Source of the DNA: Octopus vulgaris
Taxonomy: Eukaryota
Direction of reading: 5' to 3'
NCBI GenBank assembly: GCA_951406725.2
Contig: OX597814.1
Location: 8,742,001 to 8,806,000 of the forward strand
DNA: 64,000 bases
Translations under genes and position numbers: made by a program
In this document: positions 41,640 to 55,269 of the stretch, one piece after another
Layout of the letters: the number at the start of each line of letters is the position of its first letter
Position numbering within the stretch: the first letter of the stretch is position 1
The notes under the pieces: generated by a model
The model's input: the letters and a program-made list of their open reading frames with translations, nothing else
Told to the model about the DNA's origin: nothing
The model's database searches: none

Positions 41640-41865
41640 TCTTTACTACCCACAAGGGGCTAAACACAGAGGGGACAAACAAGACAGACAAACGGATTAA
41701 GTCGATTACATCGACCCCAGTGGGTAACTGGTACTTATTTAATCGACCCTGAAAAGATGAAAGGCAAAGTCGACCTCGGTGGAATTTGAACTCAGGACGT
41801 AACGGCAGACGAAATACGGCTACACATTTCGCCCGGCGTGCTAACGTTTCTGCCAGCTCGCCGCC
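41640..41865 (-). mobile_element. Well-preserved tRNA-derived SINE
   Basis: The minus strand reads GGCGAGCTGGCAGAAACGTTAG (box A) ... GAGTTCAAATTCC (box B), then GTCGACTTTGCCTTTCATC...GTCGATTAAATAAGTACCAG (central domain). Confidence 0.85.
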
Positions 41866-41881
41866 TTAAATACTTATATAT

Positions 41882-41927
<46 letters not shown>

Positions 41928-42396
41928 ATACAGCTATATATATCTAGATATATATCCATTCAGATATATACACCATCATATCAACACAAATACTTTCACA
42001 CACACATGTATGTATGTGTGTATGTGTGTGTGTGTATGTATGATATATGATGTATGTATGATGTATGTATGTGTGTGTGTGTGTGTATGTATGTATGTCT
42101 GATGTATGATGTATGTACGTGTGTATGTGTGTGTGTATGTATGTATGTATGTATGTGTATGTGTGTGTGTGTGTATGTGTGTGTGCATGTATGTTTGTAT
42201 GATGTATGTATGTATGTGTGTATGTGTGTGTATGTATGTATGTGTGTATGCATGTGTATGTGTGTATGCATGTGTGTATGCGTGTGTATGTATGTATGTG
42301 TGTGTGTATGTATGTGTGTATGTATGTATGTATGATGTATGTATGTGTGTATGTATGTATACCTCTTCCCATATATAAATAGGTAAATATCTATAG

Positions 42397-42459
<63 letters not shown>

Positions 42460-42800
42460 TAGGGATCCAGATGTATCATCATTACGTTCTTATTTGTATA
42501 CTCACATCTTTAAAATGAAGAAATATTAATTAAATTCTATGTATAATTTTAATTCTAATTATAAGTGTTGTTAATTTACTTTACAATAGTTAAGTATATC
42601 TATTATGAGGTATCAATAGGACAGTTTATTAATTATGATAAAAAAATTTATTTTGTTTTGTTTTTCTATTTCTGATTTCTGTATGTATATTTTTTATTAT
42701 TTACCTATTGGAATAACATCGTTATTGAAATAGGTAATATAAACCAGTGAAGTCTTTGGATATTTAATATCCCTTAGGTGTATATACACCTAGTTTAAAC

Positions 42801-42847
<47 letters not shown>

Positions 42848-45483
42848 TATGATGGCCGTCCACTCGTGACCGAGGAAGACCATTGCTGACGTTCAGGGAC
42901 ATTGTGCGGTCAAGGATTAACTTATATTTTGCATTTGCAGCTATGTTGGTGGCTAATGAGCTCTGCTCTTGACAAGCATACACGACTGCAAACATTGCAG
43001 ACCAAGCTCTCCCCATTCACCATTCCTCATTCATATATATATATATATATATAAGCGGACGTTAAACGATGAGGATGATGATGATGATATATATATATAT
43101 ACGTGAAGGGCTTCTTTCAGTTTCCATCTACCAAATTCACTCATGAGGCTTTGGTCAGTAGACACTCTTTCGTAGAAGACACTCTTTAAAGTATAGAGTT
43201 GAGCTCCATGTAGCCACCTGATGGCAACTTTTCTCCCCCACCCATTTTGTAGGGGGTATTACTCATTTTTCTGGGCTCGTTTCACAGCTGTACCCTGTTC
43301 GAAATTTGGATTAGTTTTTGTATGAAAAGAAAAGGAACAGAGTGGGGCTTGATTGTAGTTTGTGGAGAAAACATTAAACATGCCTGAAAATAAAAACGTG
43401 GTCTTTCCCCCCAACTAAAAGACATGAAGAACTATGAAAGGAGGTGAATAAGTACTGGAGGTGGGAGGAAAGAAGAGAGAAGTAACAGTGGATTGTTCTA
43501 GAACTGCCAGAATGAAAGACTTTCCCTCTTCTTCATTGTTAAGAGTAAAGAAGCAAGGAAAGATCGATCGTATTCCAGTCTAATTGTCATTTTAAATGAC
43601 TGAGGCTTTCCTTTCTCTGTCTCTCTCACTTCATTCCTTTTCTCTACGGTTAAGAGAGTGAAGGTGCTTAGGTGCATTCGGCCCATGATCATAAAGTCAT
43701 GAGAATGATTCCCTGCGGTGCACTGTGTTTTTGAGCAAGGTACTCTACTTCACTTTGCTGCAGTGTACTCAGCTTGCAAAAGTGAGTTGTCGCTGTAATT
43801 CAAAGGGGCCATCCCTGTAACATTCTGTGTGAGGCTGAATCTCCCTGAGATCTAACTTATGGTATGCATGTCTGTGGAGTATTCAGCCACTTGCACGTTA
43901 ATTTTATGAGCAGACTGTTTCGTTGATCAGATAAACAGGAACCTCATCATCATAACTAATGGAATACCATTTTTCAAAAAGAGTGAAAGAAAAGGAAATG
44001 CTCCAAATCGTAAGTCAAAAATGTCATGTTTAGCATTATCAATGAAAGCTGAGACGAAATTATTGCTATTCTGTCGTGTATTCACCCTCGACTCACACTC
44101 AGTTTGATAACAACAGTCTGTGATCTGGGGGCTTTGCCTCCTGATCTGTGAGGCCCACAAATGCCACTGTTATGATTGGATTAACATCCATATTGATCCT
44201 AAAGATTAAAATGATTTTCCTGCCCCTATATAAGATCTTTATTTATTTTCTTCCAATCACTTGAAGGTCTGTCTTGCTCCAGTTCACTCAGCTGGCCAAA
44301 ATGAGTTCTAGCTGTGTGAGGCTGAATTGCCCCCAGAACTACGTTAATAATATGCATGACTGTGGAGTACTCAGACACTTGCGAGTTAATTTTATCCTCG
44401 TGAGGTAATGAAAAGCGAAAGTGACATCCAATATTTGCTGCAGTTATTTGCTTTGATTTAACTACGTGTCTATGTATCAACTTTTCTTGGGATCTATGTA
44501 TCTACTGTTTCTATCACTTTCTCTCTTTCTCTTTCTCTCTCATTTCCTGTGTCCCTGTATGTGTGTATCAACTTTTCTTTCGATCTATGTATCTACTGTC
44601 TCTCATTCTCTCTCATTTCCCTCCTCTCTCCAGCTTTTAATTTAACAAAGTGTGTATGTATCTATGTATCAACTTTAAAAACACAATATGAATGCCATCA
44701 CCACTCACTCTCTCTTTCTGAAACAGTTAAAAACACAAAATGAACACTGTTACCACTTACTGTTGCTTTCACTCAGTCTCTCTTTCTCTCTCACTCTCTC
44801 TCATACTTCCTCTCTATCACTCTTTTTTCCTCTTTGTCCTCCTCTCTCTCAATTTGCCACTCCATTGAAATCAGTGTGACACATGCCATGTACAAAAGCA
44901 AACAAAACTAAGCATATTAATGTTCTTGATACTGATAATATTATAGTTGCTCTCTTGGCATCTGATCTTAAATGAATGGGAAGTGTTATCATGTACATTG
45001 TTTTCTCTTGGTATGAAAAGATGGGCTACAGTAAATATTCTGCTCAATACCACAGATTTGCTTGTAAGTGGTTCGACCTTAACTAGTTGAGCATGTCCTT
45101 TCGTGGTTGATGATATGTGCATCTCTGATCATGAGCAGAAGTAGATGGGGAGCATCATAGCCATATGTTGAGAGGAATTCTTTGTGGTTTGGATAATTCA
45201 CCTTTAGAAACAATGGATATTTTGTTCATCATCCTTAAACAAACCTTATTCAGTAACCTTTTCAGTGGGATGGGCTACTCATCCTGAAGAAAATTCGAAC
45301 TGGGCCCCACCTGAAAGGTCATGTGCTGTTTATCTAGATATGAGATCACCATGCTGCGCACATAAGGTTGTGATGTATGTACCTGCTGTATCCTTATCAG
45401 ATGGGTGGCCATGATGAGTATATTGGGCTTCGTATATTTTACTCCAGTGTCACTTTGATGGCCACTCAGTGATAATAATAATA

Positions 45484-45536
<53 letters not shown>

Positions 45537-45564
45537 AATAATAATAATAATAATAATAATCCTT

Positions 45565-45960
45565 TCTAATTGTGAATGAATGCTCCCAAGTTGCCCCAAA
45601 CCAATATGAGTTGTGGTGACATGATGAGGTTATAAAAGTGCTGCATTGGAAAGTATGAGGAAAGTTGGGGTTAGAGAGAAGCAAAACATGGTACAAACAG
45701 AAACCACAGAGTCAGAATCTTGTGGGATTTTTCAATGCAGAAAGGGCCAAGTGCTTGAGTACAACAAGCCAGGCCTGGTCGTTGTGGACAAGGTGAACCA
45801 CATGTGCTCTATAACTGATGTTGCATACGCATTTGACCCACAATTAGTTAGGTAAACAAGTAGACAATCCTCTTAAATGTGCTTGACCGTGAAAGATGGA
45901 GATAATACTAATTATTATTGGGGCCCTGGGGACAGTATCAGAAGATATTAAGAGGAAATG
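45565..45960 (+). mobile_element. R4/Dong-clade C-terminal fragment (zinc knuckle and restriction-like endonuclease)
   Basis: VNECSQVA..QY...HDEV.KVLHWK, ILWDF and NKPGLVVVDK....SITDVA motifs, directly after a (TAA)n tract. Confidence 0.65.
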
Positions 45961-46180
45961 AGGACAGAGCGCCGAGTAGAGCTGTTACCAAAAGTCTGCC
46001 TCCTTGTCACAGCCATTATCATCAAGAAAATATTCCATGGCTGAACAGAAGAGATAGCATGGTACCGTAGGCTGCGGATAGCAAGCCTACAGGAGTTCCA
46101 ACAAAACCTGAATTAAAAGAATGCTAATAACTGACTCTGATAGGTAGACTAGACAAAGAGAAGAGAAAAAAATGACTTAC

Positions 46181-46414
46181 CATTCGCCTCTTTAAAACTT
46201 ACAATGTAAGTATCAGAGGTTTGTGGTTGAACTGAAGAAATATCTCCACCAGAACTTTTTTTTCTGTTTCCAAAATATCTTTGAAGACTCTCAGAGCTGA
46301 CATTTGAAGAAACGTTTTTCACTTGAACACTGTTTATTTCCTTAATTCTTTCCACTTTCAGTTGATTTCCTTTTAAGGGGTTGTTTTGGCACATCCTCTG
46401 AACATACTCAAAAT
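46181..46414 (-). CDS. PARP14: Upstream coding exon of the PARP14-like gene (RRM-like)
   Basis: Splice sites are ttgcag|AT and AATG|gtaagt; the exon is 234 bp, phase 1-1. It encodes VQVKNVSSNVSSESLQRYFGNRKKSSGGDISSV...IVSFKEAN (the L.LYFEN.R.SGGG-type motif of PARP14 RRMs) and joins exon 14821 in frame (SFKEAN-V-VLDVCRMQHRL). Confidence 0.85.
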
Positions 46415-46579
46415 CTGCAATAAATACAATGAATGGAAATACATTTTGGTAAAAGAATCAAATTGAAGTCAATTTACTGATGCTTTAATACATTTTAGAT
46501 TGAAATGATTTTGAGAATTCTTCAAATTTGGAGATTTTAGCATTAAAATGCAGTTCCAATTATTTAATAACTCCATATA

Positions 46580-47005
46580 GGCACAGGTGTGGCTGTGTGG
46601 TAAGATGGTTGCTTCCCAGCCATATGGTTTTGGGTTCAGTCCCACTGTATAGCACTTGGAACAAATGTATTCTACTATAGCCTTGGGTTAACCAAAGCCT
46701 TATGAGTGGATTTGGTAGACGAAGACTGAAAGAAGCCATCTGTCTGTCTGTCCGTCTGTATGTTACTGTCTCCTTGCTTGTTGTAAACGAGTGTCCCTGT
46801 TATACAAGCAGTGTCCTTCATTTCCAATCTTCCTTAAAACATGTCTGGTCACTGGGAAACATTACCTTACTTGGAAATAGGTGAGGGTTGGCAACATGAA
46901 GGGCATCCAGCTGCAGAAAATCCAACTCATCATCAAATTTTGTCCAACCCATACAAGCATGGAAAAGCGGACGTTAAAACAGTGATGATGATCATGATGA
47001 TGGTG
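46580..47005 (+). mobile_element. CORE-type SINE with an RTE-type 3' tail
   Basis: The head GGCACAGGTGTGGCTGTGTGG...GGTTCAGTCCCAC is followed by the tail GGTTGGCAAC...GAAGGGCATCCAG...CATGGAAAAGCGGACGTTAAA(..GAT)n. Confidence 0.72.
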
Positions 47006-48704
47006 ATGGGGTCAAGAGAGAAAGAAACAGTGAGAGTGAGAGAGAAAAAGAGAGAGAAGGCTTGTCCAAAAGGAAGTAACCAGGAAGTAGTAGAATGGAT
47101 AGAGGGGGGCGGGTCTGCTTTGGCATGGTTTTTACATTTGGATGCCATTCCTAATGCCAACCACTTTACAGAGAGGGCTAGGGGTATTTTAAGGGGCACC
47201 TGCACTGGTAAGGTCTCCTCTCATATGGTTTTTATAGCAGGATGCCCCTCCTAATGCCAACCGTTATACAGAGCGGACTGGATGCTTTATACATGGCACC
47301 AGACCCAGCAAGGTCACCAAGTAACTTGCAAAACAAAGATCCTTTGAGAGGAGGGGCTGTGGTATTGAAGGAGGTGGCTTTGTGGTGTGAGGTGATGTGT
47401 AGATAAAGTATGACTGAAGGATGGAAACAGGTGTCTTGCTGTAGTGGAGTTTTGTATCCTTGTGTGTTGGATAAATAATTCAACGAAGGACAGAAGAAAG
47501 AAACATGAGGTTAAGCACTCTCTGCCAAACGGATCACAGTCAACTGCTTGCCAACCAATCAACCGCTGACACTTGGACAGTTCTCCATTTTATAGCAATG
47601 TGCTAATCCACTTTCATTCACTTGGGTGGGGGTGGGAAGCATTCCACGACATGGAGAGACATGGTTACCCGAGTCAGAGGGAAAGAGCAAGAGAGAGAGA
47701 GAGACGGTGGTAATGTGCCAGGGTATACTCTTAAAGTATGAGGATGGGAATGTAAATGGGATAGTATTGGATTTCCCAGGGTGCATGAATAGGGGGTTCA
47801 TGTGAATGCCAGCAGGAGAGGAAGGACAGGATTGCAGGAGAAGAGAGGGAGAGGTAAGCATAGTGCATGAGGAAGAGGAGCAGAGATGTAGTTTTGGTCT
47901 ATTGAGGTAGGGTGTGATGAATGATTTAATGTTAGATAGGGGTGGAAGACACAGCAGTGGGGTTGGCAGGTCTTCTCGAGAACCTTCTATTACCAGACAT
48001 CTCAATCCATTGTCATCTTGAGATTGGCTCTCTCTTCCACACCTGCCATCCCCTTTAAGCAATCAACACTTCTATATACAGCTATTTCCATTCATACACA
48101 TCACATGTCCAAACCAATGCAATCTTGTCTCTTGCATGCAGCAATTCATTCCGCTTACGACAAACTTTTCTCTCAGCACATTTCCACTTTGTCATACATG
48201 CACACTGACGTTACATATCCATCGGAGCATACTGCTCCCGTTCCTCTCTAGTCTAAGCATGTCTTAAGTGACCACTTGGCAAATAACTATAAAGAAGGGA
48301 AACAGAATCAGAGCATGTGTTTATCATTGGCACAATGACCCTCCCAAGACACACAAAATATATTTTGTTTTAGAATTAAACTATATATTTGTTTTATTAT
48401 TCAGTAATATGCATTTACATGGTAAAGACTCAGTTTTCTTTTTGTTTTAGTTAGAAATTTGTAACAAGTTCCCCCATCAATCAAACAAAGATGGTAAAAT
48501 ATTCCATTTACTTTCCCTCTTTCCAATGTTTAGAAACTGAAGGAACGGTCAAATACTGGAATCAGTTTCACTGATAAAACATCATCTCTAATATTTCTGA
48601 TTTCCTGCCTGATAACCATCATTCCTGACAAATTTCTTCCTTTCCTGATAAATGTGAGAAGCCAAAAGACAAAATCTGGGAAGAAATAAAAGATATAAAT
48701 AGGT

Positions 48705-49190
48705 GCAGACAAGGCTGTGTGCTAAGAAGTCTGCTTCCCAACCACATGGTTCTGGGTTCAGTCCCACTGCATGGCACCTTGGGTGAGAATCTTCTACTGT
48801 AGCCTCAGTGGATTTGGTAGATGGAAACTGACAGAAGCCCAGTATGTGTGTGTTTGCATCTGTTTGTTATCCGCCACTATTTGATGACTGGTATCAGTGT
48901 GTTTATGTTCCTGTAACTTAACAGATCAGCAAAATGAAGTGATAAAAGTAAGAACTACTGGGGTTAATTCATTTGACACAAAAGATCTTCAAGGTGGTGC
49001 CCCAGCATGGCCACAGTCTAATTATTGAAGCAAAACATAAAACATATACAAATCCTATTGCTTCCCAGCCACATGGTTCCGGGTTCAGTCCCACTGCATG
49101 GCATCTTGTGCAAGTATCTTCTGCTATAGCCTCAGGCCAACCAAAGCCTTGTGAGTGGATTTGGTATACAGAAACTGAAAGAAGCCCATT
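48705..49190 (+). mobile_element. CORE-type SINE with a CR1-type tail, followed by a second truncated SINE
   Basis: The head matches 46580. The tail GGTGGTGCCCCAGCATGGCCACAG matches the LINE end at 53041. Confidence 0.7.
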
Positions 49191-49380
49191 ATGTATATAC
49201 ATACATACATACCTACCTACCTACATACATACATACATACATATGTGTATCTGTAAATATAACATGTGACAATTATTACTTAGCGGTCATTCTAATAGCT
49301 CTTTTGTCTTAATAACGGTCAATCATACAGTAATTTCACTTTGTTTAACGGTCATTTTCAAAGCATTTTTTCGATGGCCC

Positions 49381-49441
49381 GATAACTGAAGAGATGCCGG
49401 CTTGGGTTTCTGCCCCAACATCTGAAACTCAGAGTTTTATC
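49381..49441 (+). ncRNA. Minimal type I hammerhead-like motif (third family)
   Basis: RNA reads GAUAA-CUGAAGA-GAUG..UUGGG/CCCAA..CAUC-U-GAAA-CUCAGA-GUU^-UUAUC. Confidence 0.62.
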
Positions 49442-49939
49442 ATGGCTACCAAATAATTCACACATAAATACCTCTATTTACATAATATCAAGGTCTCTTT
49501 CATTCTTTTGTTGTCTTACCATTTCTATCAATATGTATATGTTGGAATCATTATAAACTAGCGAATGCATAACAGGACTCCCACTCGCTTCCTAACCCCT
49601 ACCGAAGAATAACGGATCGCTCATGAATGGATAGAGATAAGAATATTCTTCTTTCAACCTCGTTTCATCTACTTACTATTCTTGCACAAATCATTATTCT
49701 GTCTAGTTCAGTAAGATGCCATCATGTAAATATACTTTTCGATAGTCTTGTCTTCCTTGTTGTTCCCTAAGATAACCTTATATTCATTGATTCACTCAAC
49801 TATTAAAGCCTTATCACACAGCCACTTCTCTATTCCCTAAAATTTGCCACTCTCAGATTTTTCAAACCTACTTTTTTGGTCTCTCATTAAACCACGATTA
49901 GCAGACCCTCTTCCTAGTTAGAGGTGCGCCCGCCCTCCC

Positions 49940-50062
49940 TACCACCCCTACACCTATGCCGGAAGTTCCTTCCACCCCCTACACCTGTGCCAGAAGTTGC
50001 TCCCACCCCCTACAACTGCGCAGGAAGTTCCTCCCACCCCCTCCATCTGTGCAGGAAGTTCC
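49940..50062. repeat. 31-bp minisatellite, four copies
   Basis: Units resemble CACCCCCTACACCTGTGCCGGAAGTTCCTCC. Confidence 0.85.
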
Positions 50063-50309
50063 TATCCTTTGCTATCTTTGGGTTTCTTCCCATGAACACT
50101 GCAAAAGGCATTTCGCCATCCCCACCCCCAGTCTCGGTCTATCTCCTATGTAAAGTAATGTTCATATAGTGTAAAATATGAAAGGGTAGTGTTATGCAGG
50201 TTGAACTGAAGGCTACTGTATTGCTTGCCCATGAATACTGCCAAATGCGAGTTTTCTTTTCAGGTACATGAAGCTACTGTCCCCCGCCCCAGGGTCTCAT
50301 AGGCCCACA

Positions 50310-51533
50310 CCTCCCACACCCTCAGGGTTCGCACTCTCAACGTTGGCACACTGAAAGGTAGGTCTAGTGAGATTGTTGAGATGGTTGAACGGAGATGTGT
50401 CGATATGTGCTGCATTCATGAAGTGGAGAGGAGGTTCTGCTAGGTTCCTCACAGGCAAAGAACACAGGTACAATATTTTCTGGGCTGGGAACACTGACAG
50501 GGTCGGGGGCGTGGGTATACTTCTCACTGAAAAATGAGTAGATAAGGTAATTGAGGTAATCAGAGTATGCGACAGAATACTTAAGATTAGATTAGTGCTT
50601 CACCATGGATTAGCAACCATTATATTGGGCTATGCCCTTCAACCGAGGCTACCCGATGGACAGAAATACAGATTCTATGACACCCTACTGCAGACTACCT
50701 TGTTGACGAACGACAGGGACCTTCTCTTTGTGGCTGGTGACTTCAATGGACATGTTGGACAACATACAGAGGTCTTCTGTGGCATACATGGAGGCTACGG
50801 TTATGGTTCCCACAAAAGAGGAGGGAACCAAGCTGCTGGAGTTCTGCAATGCAAATGATCTTATGGTTTGCAACACTAACTTCAGGAAACCTACCAGTCA
50901 ACTACCGATCGGGCAGACATACTAGCCAAATTGACTACATTCTTGCCAGGAAAAGGGAAAGATGGCTGCTTATAAATGCCAAAACCTTCCCAAGTGAAGA
51001 ATGTACCCCACAACATAGACTGGTACCTAGTGAATTTAGGATCAAGACTAAGTGGATGCCTAGAAGACAACCAAATTGGAGAAGAAGGGTCTGGAAGATA
51101 TAAGATCCTGTGAATGGACAGAGATTTAGAGACATATTACTCGAAGCCTTTGACGAAATAGAAGGAGATATAGCTTCACATGGTGTAGAAGACAACTGGA
51201 GGTTTCTACGGGACAACATGCTGAGAGCCACTGACCAGATCCGTGGATGGTGCAAAGTCCCCTCTCGACTCAAAATAACGTGGTGGCGGAACAATGTTGT
51301 AAACAGGACTATATGAGAAAAGAGACAAGCTTGGAAGGACTGGAAGAACGGTGGAAGCAGGGAACTGTATCAGACTTCCAAAAGGGAAGCTAGGAGGCAG
51401 GTGTATTTAGCCAGAGGGGAAGCAGATAAGAAAAAATTTGCCAATGTTCTACACCGTGAGGATCAAAGACTTGAGGTATTTCGTGTTGCAAGACAGTGTG
51501 TGAGAGAGAATCATGATGTGGTAGGAGAGAAAT
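50310..51533 (+). mobile_element. RTE-clade LINE AP endonuclease and linker fragment
   Basis: LRVRTLNVGTLKGR, VAGDFNGHVG, SQIDYIL, TPQHRLV and TWWRN motifs. Confidence 0.85.
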
Positions 51534-51633
51534 NNNNNNNNNNNNNNNNNNNNNNNNNNNNNNNNNNNNNNNNNNNNNNNNNNNNNNNNNNNNNNNNNNN
51601 NNNNNNNNNNNNNNNNNNNNNNNNNNNNNNNNN
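51534..51633. other. Assembly gap (100 N)
   Basis: Run of N. Confidence 1.
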
Positions 51634-51634
51634 A

Positions 51635-53100
51635 CCTATCTCTCTGACCTCACACATCAGCAAGGTCATGGAACGAATAGTCAGAAGGAAGCTGATCACC
51701 TTCCTTGAAGAGAATGACTTGCTGCCCGACACCCAACATGGTTTCCGACCAGGGAGAAGCTGTTTAACTCAGCTCCTACAACACTATGACTGGGTGCTGA
51801 AACGGCTGCTCAACCACTCAAATGTGGAAGTGATATATCTCGACTTTGCAAAGGCCTTTGATAAAGTCGATCATGGAATGATATGTCACAAACTGCGTGA
51901 TCTCAACATAGTTGGAAAACTGGGAGAATGGCTTCATGACTTTCTGAAGGATAGAAGTCAGGTGGTAGTAGCCAATGGGGCCACCTCCATTAACACACAA
52001 ATAGTGAGCTGTGTTCCGCAGGGCACTGTTCTGGGACCACTACTGTTCATAATGGCCCTCTCAGACATGCCCTCAGCCACACAGAGAGCCACGATCACAA
52101 GTTATGCAGATGATACAAAAGTTTCACAGGCAATACAGAACCCTGAGGACACTAAACACCTGCAATGTGAGCTGGACGAAATATACAAGTGGGCTGAAAA
52201 GAATAGCATGCAGTTCAATGCTGGAAAGTTTCAAGCTTTATACTATCAGCATGCAAAACTGAATGCAATACCCAATGAATACACTGGACCCGGAGAGATT
52301 GCAATCCCAGAGGCACAATCAGTGCGTGACCTGGGTATTCACATGAGTGATGACGCGACCTTTCATGTACATGTTGCTAAACTGACAATGAAATGTAGAC
52401 GGCTGGCTGGATGGATTCTTAGAACCTTTAGAACAAGAGAACAAGAAACCATGATGGTCCTCTGGAAGACACTTGTCCTAAGCCACTTTGACTATTGCTC
52501 TCAGCTATGGTCACCATCCAGTGTCAAGTTGATCACAGAACTTGAGGCGATCCAACGAAGCTACACAAAGAAGATAGCCTCTATGCAGAATGTAAGCTAC
52601 TGGGAAAGACTCAAGAGATTAAAATTATATTCCCTGGAGCGTAGGCGGGAAAGATATGCCATAATATACATCTGGAAGATCCTGGAAGGAAGTGTCCTGA
52701 ACTTTGGCATCGAGAGTTACGCAAATGCCAGAACTGGGCGCCACTGCGTGGTGCCTAGGACTCCAAACCTGCCATCAAGATGTAGGACAAGATTCTGTGA
52801 TAGCCTGGGCTTCCGAGGCCCACAGCTCTTCAATATCCTCCCGAAGAACCTGAGAGACCTGCATGGGGTGGATACAGATGTCTTTAAAATGAAGCTGGAT
52901 CTCTTCCTGTCAGGTGTCCCAGATGAACCAACTTCACGGCAGGAGGGGCAGATGAGGGCAGCTGCATCGAACTCTCTCATGCACCAAATAGCAGTTGCTA
53001 GAAAGCCTCCATGAAGTGAAACCAAGTAGCAACACCAAATGGCGGTGCCCCAGCATGGCCACAGCTCATAAGCTGAAACTAGAATCAATCAATCAATCAA
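51635..53100 (+). mobile_element. CR1-like LINE RT, open to the stop codon, with 3' tail and (ATCA)n
   Basis: PISLTSHISK, QHGFRPGRSC, YLDFAKAFDKV, PQGTVLGPLLF and YADDTK lie in about 460 uninterrupted codons, so this is a relatively young copy. Confidence 0.92.
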
Positions 53101-53101
53101 T

Positions 53102-53176
<75 letters not shown>

Positions 53177-53178
<2 letters not shown>

Positions 53179-53858
53179 TACATATATACATATATATATA
53201 CATACATGTATATATACACATGTATACATACACATGTATTTATATGTATATATACATATATATATACATACATGTATATATACACATGTATACATACACA
53301 TGTATTTATATGTATATATGCATATATATCTACATATATACATATATATATATACATACATGTATATATACACATGTATACATACACATGTATTTATATG
53401 TATATATGCATATATATCTACATATATACATATATATATACATACATGTATATATACACATGTATACATACACATGTATTTATATGTATATATGATATAT
53501 ATCTACATATATACATATATATATACATACATGTATATATACACATGTATACATACACATGTATTTATATGTATATATGCATATATATCTATATATATAC
53601 ATATATATATACATACATGTATATATACACATGTATACATACACATGTATTTATATGTATATATGCATATATATCTACATATATACATATATATATACAT
53701 ACATGTATGTATACACATGTATACATACACATGTATTTATATGTATATATGCATATATATCTACATATATACATATATATATACATACATGTATATATAC
53801 ACATGTATACATACACATGTATTTATATGTATATATGCATATATATCTACATATATAT
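53177..53858. repeat. 86-bp minisatellite built from TA/CA microsatellite, about eight copies
   Basis: CTACATATATACATAT recurs with a period of about 86 bp. Confidence 0.85.
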
Positions 53859-54376
53859 CCAACCATTTAAGTAATAAGAAAACTACAGTGACATACATTT
53901 ACTTATTTTGTCACTCACAGGGTATCTTATGTTAAAAGAAACTCCTATTCACTGAATAAGATTTTTTATTTTGATACAAATTTGACCTTATTTCTCGAGT
54001 AGTACAGAGGGAAAAAATAGCACCAAGCTTCTTGTTCCAAACTTCATGTGATATGTTTTAGATGCCTTGTTATTCTTCAGTTTTATGATTCTGTTTCTCT
54101 CTTTCTTTGATTAGCAAATCCTGAAAGTTTTATCAAACTGTTTCTCTATATCAAATCACTTTTCATTTCAACAGAATATTGTGCTTATTCAGCGGCATTT
54201 GTTTCACAGTTTCTACTTCATAAAGTGTGAAATAGTTGGAAATAACACCCCTATAATATTTAACTATGTGATTAAGCTGCAGAGGGAGACACTATGTGTT
54301 CATTTGACCTGCTAGAAATAGCAGAACACACCCTAGTATCTTTTAAAGTAACATTTCAAATGATGCAGCTCTAGAT

Positions 54377-54930
54377 CAATGTTTCTGAAATGGGATCCAT
54401 ATGATCTTGTGACATGAATAGAGCCATATAAGATTTTGGTGGGGTCCACACAAGCAAAATAGTAAATTGGGTGTCAACAGTAGTATCTTTGTGGTCCATA
54501 AAAAAATTTTGTCTTAGACATATTTATTGCAAGAAACTATTATGCTACAACTCTAGATCAGTGTTTCTGAAATGGGATCCATATAATCTTGGGATGGGGA
54601 TAGATCCACATAAGATTATTTTTTGGTGAGTGGGTCCACACAAGCAAAATAATAAATTGGGAGTCAACAGTTGTATTTTCGTGGTTGCAAGAATCTACTA
54701 CATTTATTTCTCGGACATTTTACATTGTTCAACATGTTTTCAGCCATGGAAACATGTTTTCTTAGAGAGTGTTATTGCAGACATGCACAAGTGAATATGC
54801 GGAAAACAATATAGGAATTTTGAAAGAAGTGCCTATAAAACTGGTTTTTAAACATCATATGGTTGCGGAAATCCAACAAAATAAAATAGTAATTAAAGGA
54901 TCATTAGGTAAAAAATGGTTGAGAACACCA
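54377..54930. mobile_element. hAT-type MITE with a ~180-bp tandem duplication of its left end
   Basis: CTCTAGATCA.TGTTTCTGAAATGGGATCC occurs at both 54370 and 54551. The right end reads AAAATGGTTGAGAACAC. Confidence 0.55.
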
Positions 54931-55269
54931 TCGAAAAAAACATGATAATGACAGCTAGAATGCTTTGATTGTCAGTGTCTGCTTGTGAATGTGTTTGTAT
55001 GAATTCATTTTAGCACTAATTTGTTGAGGTAATGAAGTTGACTAGAAGGTTGATTCTTCATATCTCATCACTTACATTGCGCTATGTTTTGTCAAAAGTG
55101 AAAATCTACAAATGTTAAAATATCTATTATTTCCTCTTTAATCCACAGCCTCATGCCTATTTGAAATCACATATTACATTATTCACATAAAGATTCCAGC
55201 AAGTTAAACTTAATTCCAATTTCACTTTCCAACAATGGTCTTTTCTTTTAAATCGTTTATGTCCTAGAG

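Noticed and set aside
48500-48690. Possible additional minus-strand exon (strong ttttatttcttcccag acceptor)
   Set aside because: The frames I translated hit stops, there is no PARP-like motif, and there is no clear in-frame donor.
51401-53014. 537-aa ORF as a single protein
   Set aside because: It joins an RTE fragment to a CR1-like RT across a 100-N gap, so it is an artefact.
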